Below, one piece after another: positions 36,133-45,596 of a stretch of DNA of 64,000 bases. The notes below the pieces were generated by a model that saw only the letters and a list, made by a program, of their open reading frames with translations, searched no databases and was not told where the DNA came from. Each line of letters begins with the position of its first letter. Within the stretch, counting starts at the first letter, position 1. The stretch is from an uncultured Haloferula sp. Its GTDB lineage: Bacteria; Verrucomicrobiota; Verrucomicrobiia; Verrucomicrobiales; Akkermansiaceae. The DNA lies in assembly GCA_965652295.1 (NCBI GenBank), contig CBFGTS010000014.1, positions 32,001 through 96,000 on the forward strand, read 5' to 3'. The translations under genes and the position numbers were made by a program.

Positions 36133-36166
36133 AAAGCCGCCTACCCTTCCGGGTCGGCGGCTTTTT
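36133..36166 (+). terminator. Rho-independent terminator after rpmA
   Basis: AAAGCCGCC-TACCCTTCCGGGTC-GGCGGCTTTTT. Confidence 0.85.
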
Positions 36167-36202
36167 CATGCCTAGCCGCGGCACCAACCACGGCCACCTT
36201 CC

Positions 36203-36928
36203 TCAAGCAAGCCAGGCGAGGAATTCGCGGTTGCCATCGGTGCCGGTGATCGGGGAATCGATCACAGCCTTCCACTCGCGACCTTGCCCGGCGATGAAGG
36301 CGCGGATTTTGTCCACCGCCCGGTCATGGAGTTCCGGGTCACGCACGATGCCGCCCTTTCCGATGTCCTCCCGCTCCAGCTCGAACTGCGGCTTGATGAG
36401 CGCGATCACGCTCCCTCCGTCACGCAGCACCCCGAAGGCAGCCGGCAGAATCTTGGTGAGGGAGATGAAAGACACGTCGATCACGATGAGATCGACTTGC
36501 TCGCCCAGGTCGGCCTCGATCAGCCCACGGGCGTTGAATTTCTCCTTCACCACCACTCTGGGGTCGGTGCGGATTTTCCAAGCGAGCTGATTGGTGCCCA
36601 CATCAATAGCATGGACCCGTGCCGCACCGTGCTGGAGCAGGCAATCGGTGAAACCCCCGGTGGAAGCGCCGATATCGAGGCAGACGAGCCCCTCCGGGTT
36701 CACACCAAAGACACCCAGTGCCCCCTCCATTTTCAGCCCGCCGCGGCCGACGTAGCGCGGCTTTTCCTTCAACTCGAGGGGAGCGTCGTCCGGCAGTTTC
36801 GCGCTCGGCTTGTCGATGATCCGGTCTCCGCTGCGAACCTCCCCGGCCAGCACCAGGCGCTTGGCCTGCTCGCGGGTCTCGCAGAGGCCGCGGGCAACCA
36901 GCAGGACATCGACGCGCTCCTTCGGCAT
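36203..36928 (-). CDS. tlyA: TlyA-family rRNA methyltransferase / hemolysin A
   Basis: S4 domain, YVGRGGLK, LDIGASTGGFTDCLLQ, DVSFISL, IKPQFE, SPITG..GNREF. Confidence 0.96.
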   Translation of the reverse strand: MPKERVDVLLVARGLCETREQAKRLVLAGEVRSGDRIIDKPSAKLPDDAPLELKEKPRYVGRGGLKMEGALGVFGVNPEGLVCLDIGASTGGFTDCLLQHGAARVHAIDVGTNQLAWKIRTDPRVVVKEKFNARGLIEADLGEQVDLIVIDVSFISLTKILPAAFGVLRDGGSVIALIKPQFELEREDIGKGGIVRDPELHDRAVDKIRAFIAGQGREWKAVIDSPITGTDGNREFLAWLA

Positions 36929-37033
36929 GGGGAAAATCTAGCCGCCCGCCCGCAGCCGCTAGCAAGGCAAACCTCGCTGCGAGCTCGATATTTCAGGTGT
37001 AGCGCCAGGTTTGTGGAGGCGCGCTTTCTCGCC

Positions 37034-37063
37034 CATGGGTCCTATAGGACGCATAGGACCTAT
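37034..37063. repeat. Degenerate 9-mer tandem repeat
   Basis: catgggtcc tataggacg cataggacc tat. Confidence 0.55.
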
Positions 37064-37131
37064 TCCCCTGGCCCGATCGCCTCACCACTTGCTACTTGCT
37101 CCCCCGAACTTCGTCCTTTTCTCTCCCCCGC

Positions 37132-38196
37132 GTGACGCAGCACCGCACCGACGACCTCCGCATCTCCGGATTGAACCCGCTCATCTCCCCCGCGGTGCTG
37201 AACTACTTTCTCCCGGTCACCGAGGAAATCTCCGAGGTCGTCGCCGCCTCCCGCAACGAGGCCGATGCGATCCTCAAAGGCCGCGATGACCGGCTGCTGG
37301 TCGTCATCGGGCCCTGCTCGATCCACGACCCGAAGGCGGCGATCGAGTACGGCGAACGCCTCAAGCCTCTGATCGAGCGCTACAAGGACGACTTGCAGAT
37401 CATCATGCGGGTCTATTTCGAAAAGCCGCGGACCACGGTCGGCTGGAAGGGGCTGATCAACGATCCCCACCTCGACGACTCGTTCGACATCAACCACGGC
37501 CTGAAGGTTGCGCGCGGCCTGCTGATCGATCTGGCGAACATGGGCATCCCCGCCGGAACCGAGTTTCTCGACACCATCTCACCCCAATACATCGCCGACC
37601 TCATCGCCTGGGGCGCGATCGGGGCGCGGACGACGGAAAGCCAGGTCCACCGCGAACTCGCCTCGGGGCTTTCCATGCCGGTGGGCTTCAAAAACGGCAC
37701 CGGCGGCTCGATCCAGCTCGCGCTGGACGCGATCCAGTCAGCCTCGCGCCCGCACCATTTTCTCTCGGTCACGAAGCAGGGCGTGTCGGCCATCGTTTCC
37801 ACCACCGGGAACGACTCGTGCCACATCATCCTGCGGGGCGGAAAATCAGGGCCGAACTACGAAAAGAAGGAGGTCGATGAAGTCCTCGTCATGCTAGGCG
37901 AGCAAGGACTGCCTCCGCACGTGATGGTCGATTGCTCACACGGCAACTCGCGCAAGGATTTCCGCAACCAGCCGCTGGTGGCGCAGAACCTCGCCAACCA
38001 GATCGCGGCGGGCTCCCGGGCCGTCGCCGCGGTGATGGTCGAATCGAACCTCGTCGAGGGAAACCAAAAGCTGGTTTCCGACCTCGACCAAATGACCTAC
38101 GGCCAGTCCGTCACCGACGCCTGCATCGGCTGGGACGACACCCTGGAGGTGCTGGAGACCTTCGCCCAGGCCGTCAGGAAACGCCGCGAGGGCTGA
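37132..38196 (+). CDS. aroG: 3-deoxy-7-phosphoheptulonate (DAHP) synthase, type I-alpha
   Basis: GPCSIHD, MRVYFEKPRTTVGWKG, IGARTTESQ.HR, DCSHGNS, YGQSVTDAC; GTG start. The aroF/G/H subtype cannot be resolved. Confidence 0.93.
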   Translation: MTQHRTDDLRISGLNPLISPAVLNYFLPVTEEISEVVAASRNEADAILKGRDDRLLVVIGPCSIHDPKAAIEYGERLKPLIERYKDDLQIIMRVYFEKPRTTVGWKGLINDPHLDDSFDINHGLKVARGLLIDLANMGIPAGTEFLDTISPQYIADLIAWGAIGARTTESQVHRELASGLSMPVGFKNGTGGSIQLALDAIQSASRPHHFLSVTKQGVSAIVSTTGNDSCHIILRGGKSGPNYEKKEVDEVLVMLGEQGLPPHVMVDCSHGNSRKDFRNQPLVAQNLANQIAAGSRAVAAVMVESNLVEGNQKLVSDLDQMTYGQSVTDACIGWDDTLEVLETFAQAVRKRREG

Positions 38197-38373
38197 TCAG
38201 GAGCGCAGCGTGCGCACCGGGATCGGATCGCCGAGCTTCACCTCGGTGGTGCGGGATTTGCGGATTTGATCGCCCACGCTTTTGAGAGCGGCGATCAGGT
38301 AGGCATTCAGAAAATACTCTTTGAGAAGCAACTGGCGGGTTTCGCCATCGGGCTTTTTGCGAACAACTTTCAT
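38197..38373 (-). CDS. Small basic hypothetical protein (58 aa)
   Basis: Manual translation MKVVRKKPDGETRQLLLKEYFLNAYLIAALKSVGDQIRKSRTTEVKLGDPIPVRTLRS; its stop abuts the aroG stop; below the track length cutoff. Confidence 0.55.
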   Translation of the reverse strand: MKVVRKKPDGETRQLLLKEYFLNAYLIAALKSVGDQIRKSRTTEVKLGDPIPVRTLRS

Positions 38374-38481
38374 GGGGATCTTGCAATTTTGAACCTAACG
38401 GTGGGACGGACGCCCCACGCGCCTCACTCCTCCGCACGCAACGGGCCAAATGCAAATGGAACCGGGGTGGTGATGACACAT

Positions 38482-39033
38482 TCACACCCGCCGCTTGCGC
38501 GGCTTCGGCGGTGTGAAGTCCACCTTCTTCGGATCAAAAGCCTCAGGGTCATAGCCCGGCTGGTCCCACGCGATTTCGCCCGCGGAAGCCTGCATGTATT
38601 GGAACGCCCCGCCGAAATCCTCCGGCGGGCATGCGCGCTCCCCGCCCAGAATGACCGGCGCGGAGTCGTGCGTCGCCCGTTTCTCGATGACCAGCTCGTG
38701 GATCCACTCCTCGGCGAAATCGTAGCGATAGAGAAGGCGCAACGGTAGCCGGCGGCGGCCGACGTAATCCGCCAGCGTCAACTGGGCTTCGTCCTGAAAC
38801 TCGCCTCCGGGCGGCACCTGATCGGCCAGCCCGACCGGACCGATCACGTCGACGAGGCGCTTGCCCTTGCCGTGGCGGAACTCGTGCGGGTGCTTGTTTT
38901 CCCAACCCAGCGCGGCCTGGATGGCATCGTGCACCTGGGCAAAAGTGAAGTCCGCCGGCACCGCGAGGCGTCGCCAGATTTTCGGCGTGATCTGATAGAG
39001 AAACACGTGCAGCTCGAAGCAATCAGTGGCCAT
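38482..39033 (-). CDS. pRiA4b ORF-3 family protein
   Basis: PKIWRRLAVP...HDAIQAALGW...H.HEF...YRYDF..EW.H...GERACPPED.GG. Confidence 0.9.
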   Translation of the reverse strand: MATDCFELHVFLYQITPKIWRRLAVPADFTFAQVHDAIQAALGWENKHPHEFRHGKGKRLVDVIGPVGLADQVPPGGEFQDEAQLTLADYVGRRRLPLRLLYRYDFAEEWIHELVIEKRATHDSAPVILGGERACPPEDFGGAFQYMQASAGEIAWDQPGYDPEAFDPKKVDFTPPKPRKRRV

Positions 39034-39141
39034 GCGCGAGGTTAGAATCGCCGCGCCATCCCGCGCAATCCCTGAAAGTCTGTGTGTTGCACACGCAATC
39101 CACCTTCGACATTTTTCCGCGCACCTCCATTCTCCGCGCCC

Positions 39142-40512
39142 ATGCATTTCCGCAGCCTTTGCCGCCACGCCGAAATCGGCGCGAATTCCTACGTCCTCGA
39201 TGCCGGAGGTGCCCGCGTCGTGCTCGACGCCGGCATGCACCCGAAGCACGAGGGATACGAAGCCATCCCCCACTACGAAACGCTGGAGGAATGCAGCGTC
39301 GATGCCGCCGTGATCACCCACGCGCACCTCGACCACATCGGCTCACTGCCGGTCCTGCTATCGGACCAGCCGAAAGCCCGGGTGTTTTTCTCCCCCGCCG
39401 CCGCCGACCTCGGCTTCGCCATGCTGCACAATTCGGTGAACGTCATGCAGTCGAAACGCACCGAGCTGGGCATCATCGACTACCCGTTGTTTTCCCACCG
39501 CCAGCTGGACGAAATCGAGCGCACGATCCAAACACGGGCCACCGAGCGTCCCTTCGATCTCGATGAAGCAGGCGTGTTCCGCGCGACCTTCCACGACGCC
39601 GGCCACGTGCTCGGCTCGGTGGCGGTGACGCTGAAGACAGCCGACCACACGCTGCTTTACACGGGCGACGTGAATTTCGAGAAATCCACTCTGATCAAGG
39701 GCGCGCTGCTGCCCGAGGAGCCGGTCGACACCCTGATCATCGAGACCACCCGCGGAGACAGCCCACGCCCCGAAAGCTACACCCGCGAGGACGAGGAGCG
39801 GCGCTTCTGCGACACCATCGCGGACACCCTGAAGAACGGCGGCGCGGTCCTCATCCCGGTCTTCGCCATGGGCAAGACGCAGGAGGTGCTGACCATGTTG
39901 CACCGCTTCAAACAGCGCGGCTGGATTTCCAAGCGGACCCCGATCGTCATCGGCGGTCTCTCCACCAAGATGACCGTCATTTACGACCGCTATGCCAACG
40001 GCCTCACCCGCCGCAGCGACGACGATTTCAAGATCCTCAAGGACATGGACCTGCGGGCCGGAACACGACGCCGCAAGGCAGCCATCGTGCCCGAGCCCGG
40101 CACCATCTTCTGCCTTTCCAGCGGCATGATGTCCGAGAACACGGTTTCGAACGCTTTCGCCCGCTCGGGTTTCCTGGAGAACAAGAAGAACGCGCTGCTA
40201 TTCGTGGGCTACGCCGATCCCGCCTCACCTGCCGGACATATCCGCGCCGCCTCGCCAGGGGAAAAAATCGTTCTCGATCCCGCCCATCAGCCCAGCCGAT
40301 TGGAAGCCAGGGTGGAGGTCTTCGATTTCTCCGGCCACGCCACCCGCGACGATCTGCTGGACTACATCCTCAAGGTGAAGCCGAAGCGCACCTTCCTCGT
40401 CCACGGCGACCGCCCGGCCAGCGAGTGGTTCGCCCGCCAACTCGCGGAAAAACTCCCGTCCACCGAAGCGATCATCCCCGAACCGGGAGTGGACTACGAT
40501 CTGTTGGCCTGA
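39142..40512 (+). CDS. MBL-fold / beta-CASP ribonuclease
   Basis: THAHLDH, AGHVLG, YTGD, IIETT, PVFAMGKTQE, FSGHA, VHGD. Confidence 0.92.
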   Translation: MHFRSLCRHAEIGANSYVLDAGGARVVLDAGMHPKHEGYEAIPHYETLEECSVDAAVITHAHLDHIGSLPVLLSDQPKARVFFSPAAADLGFAMLHNSVNVMQSKRTELGIIDYPLFSHRQLDEIERTIQTRATERPFDLDEAGVFRATFHDAGHVLGSVAVTLKTADHTLLYTGDVNFEKSTLIKGALLPEEPVDTLIIETTRGDSPRPESYTREDEERRFCDTIADTLKNGGAVLIPVFAMGKTQEVLTMLHRFKQRGWISKRTPIVIGGLSTKMTVIYDRYANGLTRRSDDDFKILKDMDLRAGTRRRKAAIVPEPGTIFCLSSGMMSENTVSNAFARSGFLENKKNALLFVGYADPASPAGHIRAASPGEKIVLDPAHQPSRLEARVEVFDFSGHATRDDLLDYILKVKPKRTFLVHGDRPASEWFARQLAEKLPSTEAIIPEPGVDYDLLA

Positions 40513-40595
40513 CGCCAAGCCGCGGATTTCCCCACTCCTTGCGGCCTTCTTCCGATTGCCGGAAGCCGCTCGCCGCTCCATGATGCCGGAGACCT

Positions 40596-43130
40596 GTGAG
40601 ACATATCCGCATCATCCACCGTCTGCGCACGTTTCTGGCCATCGCCGGATTTTTCGCCGTCGCCGGGGTGATCGGGCTGGTGGGCTGGGCGAACCAGACC
40701 GGGTTGCCGGATTCATGGCGCCAGGGGGTGGCCGAGGCATTGGCCCACCAAGGCATCCACGCGGAACTGGCAAGTCTCCGTTTCGTGCCGTTCCGCGGCT
40801 TTGAGGCGAGTGAGGTCGTGATCTACTCGGACCCGCTCCATCAAAGGGTGGCCGGGCGATTGGAGAAGCTGCTGTTCGAACTCGACCGCACGCGCCTGAC
40901 ACGCGGGGAATTCCGGATCGAGCGACTCAACCTCTCGGGCGCGAGGTTTTCCGTGGCGGCGGATCCCTTGGACCCGGATTCGGAAAAACTGGAGATCGCC
41001 GATTTGAGCGGGCGGGTGGAATTCTCCGGCCCGCGGTCGATTCATATCAGCCAGGCCAACGGAAGAATCCACGGCATCCGCCTGGACGTGCACTGCCATC
41101 TCGACCTTTTCCGCTCTGCGGGCATCAGCACGCCGCAGGACGAAGAGCGGGCCCGTCAGGAACGCCGCCGGCTGCTCCTGAATCTGATCCACACGCTGGA
41201 CTCCTTCGATTTCCACCCAGCGAGTCCGCCGCGGATCCGGCTGGAGGTACAGGGCGATCTTGAGGAACCGACAAGCCTGCGGGCGAGCTTCCAGGTCCGT
41301 GGAAAAAATCTGCAAGCCCGGGAGCTGGTGCTGCGGGAAGTGGATTTGAGGGGCGAACTGCATGGCCCGACGCTGGTGGTCCACCAGGCGAGCGTGATCG
41401 CGGACACGGGTGCGCTGGGTGGCAATGTGGAATATGATCTCGATGCCCGTGGCGGCCGCTTCCACCTGCGCTCGACCCTGGATGTCCCCGCACTGCTGCG
41501 CCAGTTGGAGCTGCCCTTGCCGGAAAAGCTGCCGACATTTTCCGAACCTCCGCTCGTCGAGGCGAAGGGCGAGTTTGCCGAGGGCGAGGACGGCTGGCAG
41601 CTGCGGGTCATCGGCCACGCGGACCTCAAAGAACCGGCTTTCAACGGCATCGGCGTGGAGGCGCTTTCGGCTTCGTTCGCGTGGGATGGCACGTCATTGC
41701 TGGTCGACGACCTGATGATCCGGGAACGCGGCGGCTGGCTGACCGGGCGCGCTCTGATTGAGCCCGACATCGTCCGCTACTCCGCGACGAGCACCTTGCC
41801 GCTGGATCTCTGGCAAAAGAGCATCCCGTTCGAGCCCCTCAGAACCGTGCTGAACAACTTTTCCGGCGGCCCGGGGCTTTCGAATCGCGTGACCTTCCGT
41901 GGTCATGCCAACCCGCGGAATCCGCACGACTGGAGTTTCAAGGGCAAGGCGGAGTCCACGGGCCTGAGCTACTGCGGCGTGCCGACGCGGACCGCCCACG
42001 TCACGCTGGATCTGCAGTCCTCGCGGCTCGATTTCATCGATGCCGAAGTGGTTTTCGACTACGGCGTCTACCCATTGAAAAAAAGGCACGGCGGCCCCGA
42101 ATCAGGGAAGGTGGGGGTCTCGCTGATCCGCTACGACGACGCCGAAAAAACCGTGGTCATCAAGGATCTGGAAGGCGTCGCCTGGCCCGCGCCCATCGTG
42201 CGCACCTTCGCCCCGAAGGTGGCCGACCATTTGGAAAGCTACGGGTTTCATCGTACCCCGCAGCTCTCGGCACAGGGTACGATCGGCGTGATGACCGGCC
42301 TGCCGAAACAAGACCTTACGGTGCGCTTCTCGACGGACGACGCCATGGACTACGAATTCCTCGGAGAAACGCTGGAACTCTCCGCACCCCGGGGCGTGGT
42401 CCGCGTGCTTCCCGATCAGGTCGAGGTCAACGACTTGTCGTTCGGGGCCCTCGGTGGACAAGTCCGGGCCTCGCTTTCCAGCCGCCCGGGACCTCCGGCA
42501 ACCTTGTCGGGCGCGATCGACTGGACCGAGCTCGACCTGATCGAGATCGCCGAGGCCTACGATTTCCAAAGCGAATTCCCGGGACTGATCACCGGCCGCG
42601 CCGACTTCACGCTGACCGGCGGAGAGGTGAAAGGCCTGGACGGGGAGGGTCACGTCGCGCTTGAGCGGGCACAGCTTTTCGATGTGCCGATCCTCGGGCC
42701 GCTGTCACCGGTGGCGGCCGCCGTGCTGGGCAACCGCAAGGCAGGGTTTCAGGAGGCCAGCTCGGCGTTCTTTTCGTTCGAGATCGAAGACGGGATCGTC
42801 CGCAGCCAGGACTTTCTCACCACCACCCGCTCGATGGTTTTCACCGGGGACGGCAGTGCGGATCTCAATGACCTGGAACTCGACATGACCGTCCGCATGA
42901 ACGCCCGCGGCCTGTTCGGCATGCTCACCCTGCCGTTCAAACCGTTCTATGGGCTTTTCCAGTTTCGTGGTACGGGGCCGATCCACCGTCCGGAGTGGAA
43001 CAACGTGATGTTCACCTCTCCTCCGGAGGAGCAGAACGAGCGGCTCCTTGCCCCTCCCCGCGCTCGGCCGGTGGGCGGCGTCGAAAAATCCAACCCGAAG
43101 GCCCGCGCCCCGAATCCGCCCAACAGATAA
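40596..43130 (+). CDS. AsmA-like envelope protein
   Basis: N-terminal TM, long beta-taco-like region, AsmA-like C-terminus (LFDVPILGPL...F.IEDG...GDGSADL...LD). Confidence 0.75.
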   Translation: MRHIRIIHRLRTFLAIAGFFAVAGVIGLVGWANQTGLPDSWRQGVAEALAHQGIHAELASLRFVPFRGFEASEVVIYSDPLHQRVAGRLEKLLFELDRTRLTRGEFRIERLNLSGARFSVAADPLDPDSEKLEIADLSGRVEFSGPRSIHISQANGRIHGIRLDVHCHLDLFRSAGISTPQDEERARQERRRLLLNLIHTLDSFDFHPASPPRIRLEVQGDLEEPTSLRASFQVRGKNLQARELVLREVDLRGELHGPTLVVHQASVIADTGALGGNVEYDLDARGGRFHLRSTLDVPALLRQLELPLPEKLPTFSEPPLVEAKGEFAEGEDGWQLRVIGHADLKEPAFNGIGVEALSASFAWDGTSLLVDDLMIRERGGWLTGRALIEPDIVRYSATSTLPLDLWQKSIPFEPLRTVLNNFSGGPGLSNRVTFRGHANPRNPHDWSFKGKAESTGLSYCGVPTRTAHVTLDLQSSRLDFIDAEVVFDYGVYPLKKRHGGPESGKVGVSLIRYDDAEKTVVIKDLEGVAWPAPIVRTFAPKVADHLESYGFHRTPQLSAQGTIGVMTGLPKQDLTVRFSTDDAMDYEFLGETLELSAPRGVVRVLPDQVEVNDLSFGALGGQVRASLSSRPGPPATLSGAIDWTELDLIEIAEAYDFQSEFPGLITGRADFTLTGGEVKGLDGEGHVALERAQLFDVPILGPLSPVAAAVLGNRKAGFQEASSAFFSFEIEDGIVRSQDFLTTTRSMVFTGDGSADLNDLELDMTVRMNARGLFGMLTLPFKPFYGLFQFRGTGPIHRPEWNNVMFTSPPEEQNERLLAPPRARPVGGVEKSNPKARAPNPPNR

Positions 43131-43223
43131 CACGAGTGGAGTCACGTCTTGCGTCGCGGTGGCATCGGTGCCAGCTTCCCCGTGGAACGAACTCCGTTTT
43201 TCCAACCTCATCCGACCAGTCCC

Positions 43224-43700
43224 ATGTCCGAAAATTTTCCGCAACCTCTCGACCCCAACGCGGGGTTTTCCTCCCTTCCCGCCGCCGAAGGCTCCAACCC
43301 GGCGGTTTCCAACGCAGCCAACGATCTCCGTGACGCGGCCGGCAACCTGCGGGACACGATGGCCGAAAAGGCCAAAACCTTCGCCCACGACCAGAGCGCC
43401 CACGCCCGCGAGGCGGCCGAACGCGCCAAGGAGACGGCGCAGCAATTCCGTGAGTCGGCCATGAAGAAGGCCCAGGCGCTGAAGTCCGTCGCCACCGAGC
43501 GTGCCACCCAGTTCCGCTCCGCAGCGGAAGAACGGGCCGAGCATCTCCGCTCCGTCGCGGACGAGCAATGGGGCCACACCCGCGACCGCGCGAAAGAGCT
43601 GCACGTTTCCGCCGAGGATTATATCCGCCAACACCCGACGAAATGCGTCCTCGGTGCCGTCGGAGTGGGCTTTCTCATCGGCCTCATCACCCGTCGCTGA
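43224..43700 (+). CDS. DUF883 / ElaB-YqjD-like tail-anchored protein
   Basis: Ala/Glu/Arg helical repeats ending EDYIRQHP...VLGAVGVGFLIGLITRR. Confidence 0.88.
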   Translation: MSENFPQPLDPNAGFSSLPAAEGSNPAVSNAANDLRDAAGNLRDTMAEKAKTFAHDQSAHAREAAERAKETAQQFRESAMKKAQALKSVATERATQFRSAAEERAEHLRSVADEQWGHTRDRAKELHVSAEDYIRQHPTKCVLGAVGVGFLIGLITRR

Positions 43701-43717
43701 CCGGACGCCGCCCGCAC

Positions 43718-44110
43718 ATGAGCGAGCCTCCCCAAGAGCCCGCCTCGGCTGGCTGGAAAGCCACCCTGGCGGAATTCGTCGATGCCCGGCTCGACCTCAT
43801 CCGGCTCGAGGCACGTGACGCCGGCCGCGAGGCCGCACGCCGGGCGGCCATCGTCATCGTGATCACCGGAGCCTCGCTCGCAGCATGGTTCATGGGGATC
43901 GCCGGCCTCATCGGCTGGATCGCCGGAGCCACCGGCTGGCCTTGGTATTTCGTCGCCCTCGGTGGCACCGCGCTGCATTTCCTCATCGCCGTGATCGGGG
44001 CGCTGTTCCTCAAAAAAGGCACCACCCTGTTTCCGATCACCCGCTCCGAACTCTCCAAAGACCGCGAATGGCTGCAAACCATCAAAGACGAAGGGAAATC
44101 GAAGCACTGA
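43718..44110 (+). CDS. YqjE-like two-TM membrane protein ('phage holin family')
   Basis: ARLDLIRLE, two TMs, FP.TRSEL.KDREWL; follows DUF883. Confidence 0.85.
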   Translation: MSEPPQEPASAGWKATLAEFVDARLDLIRLEARDAGREAARRAAIVIVITGASLAAWFMGIAGLIGWIAGATGWPWYFVALGGTALHFLIAVIGALFLKKGTTLFPITRSELSKDREWLQTIKDEGKSKH

Positions 44111-44469
44111 TCCGCCGCATCGAATCGTCCCGGCTCTCGCTTGGTGGCGAAGTCCGGTCGCTGCGTGCCAAATTGAAGGCACCGAAACGCTGGAAGCAGA
44201 AGCTGGTCCGCGCCGTGTCCCGCAACCCACTGGCCACCTTCGGCGGCATGGCCGGTGCCGGCTTGCTTCTCAGCCGCCTCCGGCGACGGCCAAAAGCCGC
44301 GAAACGAAAACGCGGTGTGGCGGGTTTTATCCTCGGCGCGGCCTTCGCCGCCCTCAAACCCACCCTGACGCGATTCGCCACCAACGAGCTTCGCAAATAC
44401 CTCGTGAAGCACTACATGTCGCGCCGCACGACTGCCACCTCTCCGGCACCCGCCCGCAGAATTTCCTAA
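44068..44469 (+). CDS. YqjK-like basic membrane-associated protein
   Basis: MAANHQRRREIEALIRRIESSRLSL...NPLATFGGMAGAGLLL; third gene of the yqjDEK-like triad. Confidence 0.65.
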   Translation: MAANHQRRREIEALIRRIESSRLSLGGEVRSLRAKLKAPKRWKQKLVRAVSRNPLATFGGMAGAGLLLSRLRRRPKAAKRKRGVAGFILGAAFAALKPTLTRFATNELRKYLVKHYMSRRTTATSPAPARRIS

Positions 44470-44484
44470 AAAACACCAACCTCA

Positions 44485-45567
44485 ATGTCCGAACACCAAG
44501 TGCTCGATCATGTGGACCAGTATCTCCGCCTCGGCCGGGAATACAGCTGTTCCGATATCCACCTCCCCACTGCTTATCCACCCGCTTGGCGCAGATTCGG
44601 GCAACTCCAGCCCATCTGGGACGATCACGACCCTCTCACCGCCGAGGATACCGAACGTCTCGCCCGCTCCTTCCTCGCGGACCGGGAATGGAATCGCCTT
44701 CAGGAAAAGGGTGACGTCGATTTTGCCTACGCCAACGAGGATGGCCGCTTCCGCGCCTCCGTGGTGAAGCAGCGCCTCGGTTACGACATGGTGTTCCGGA
44801 TCATCGATGCCGAAATCCGCGACATCGAAACCTTGGGACTGCCGCTCGAGCACCTGAAACCCCTCACCCGATACCACAACGGCCTCATCCTCGTGACAGG
44901 AGCCGTCGGTTCAGGGAAATCGACCACGCTCGCCGCCCTCGTCGATTTCATCAACAAGGACCGCGAGGATCACATCCTCACGCTGGAGGATCCCATCGAA
45001 TACGTCTTCGAATCGAAGGGATGTCACGTCAACCAACGCGAAGTCCACCTGCACACCGAGTCCTTCGCCAAGGCACTCCGTGGTGCTCTGCGGGAAGACC
45101 CGGACGTCATCATGGTGGGTGAAATGCGGGACCTTGAAACCATCCAGCTCGCCCTGACCGCAGCGGAAACCGGACACCTGGTCCTCGGAACGCTCCACAC
45201 CGGCAACGCGCCGCGGACGCTCGACCGGATCCTCGACGTGTTCCCCACCGACCAGCGCGACCAGATCCGGATCATGGTCTCCGAATCGCTCCGCGGCGTG
45301 CTCTCCCAACAGCTCATTCCCCGCGCCGATGGCCAGGGCCGGGCGCTCGCCCTCGAGCTGCTGGTCAACACTCCCGCCGTCGGCAACTCCATCCGGGAGG
45401 GCAAGACCTTCATGCTCCCCGGCGTCATGCAGACCGGTAAAAACGTCGGCATGATCACCATGGATGAGTCCCTCCGCCAACTCTACATCAAGGGGCTGAT
45501 CACCCAGGAGGAAGCCTACTACCGCGCCGAGGACAAAAACTACATGGCCTCGTTCTTCAAATCCTGA
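44485..45567 (+). CDS. pilT: Type IV pilus retraction ATPase (PilT/PilU family)
   Basis: SDIHL, LVTGAVGSGKSTT, TLEDPIE, ALREDPD..MVGEMRD, AETGHLV.GTLH. Confidence 0.9.
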   Translation: MSEHQVLDHVDQYLRLGREYSCSDIHLPTAYPPAWRRFGQLQPIWDDHDPLTAEDTERLARSFLADREWNRLQEKGDVDFAYANEDGRFRASVVKQRLGYDMVFRIIDAEIRDIETLGLPLEHLKPLTRYHNGLILVTGAVGSGKSTTLAALVDFINKDREDHILTLEDPIEYVFESKGCHVNQREVHLHTESFAKALRGALREDPDVIMVGEMRDLETIQLALTAAETGHLVLGTLHTGNAPRTLDRILDVFPTDQRDQIRIMVSESLRGVLSQQLIPRADGQGRALALELLVNTPAVGNSIREGKTFMLPGVMQTGKNVGMITMDESLRQLYIKGLITQEEAYYRAEDKNYMASFFKS

Positions 45568-45596
45568 GCCTCCGAACATTTAGCCAATCCAATCCC

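Noticed and set aside
38482..39033. Integrated plasmid suggested by the pRiA4b ORF-3 family
   Set aside because: A solitary gene with host-like GC among housekeeping genes; no replication or transfer genes.
43718..44110. Prophage lysis gene
   Set aside because: The holin-like family call reflects YqjE-type proteins in a DUF883 operon; there are no phage genes nearby.
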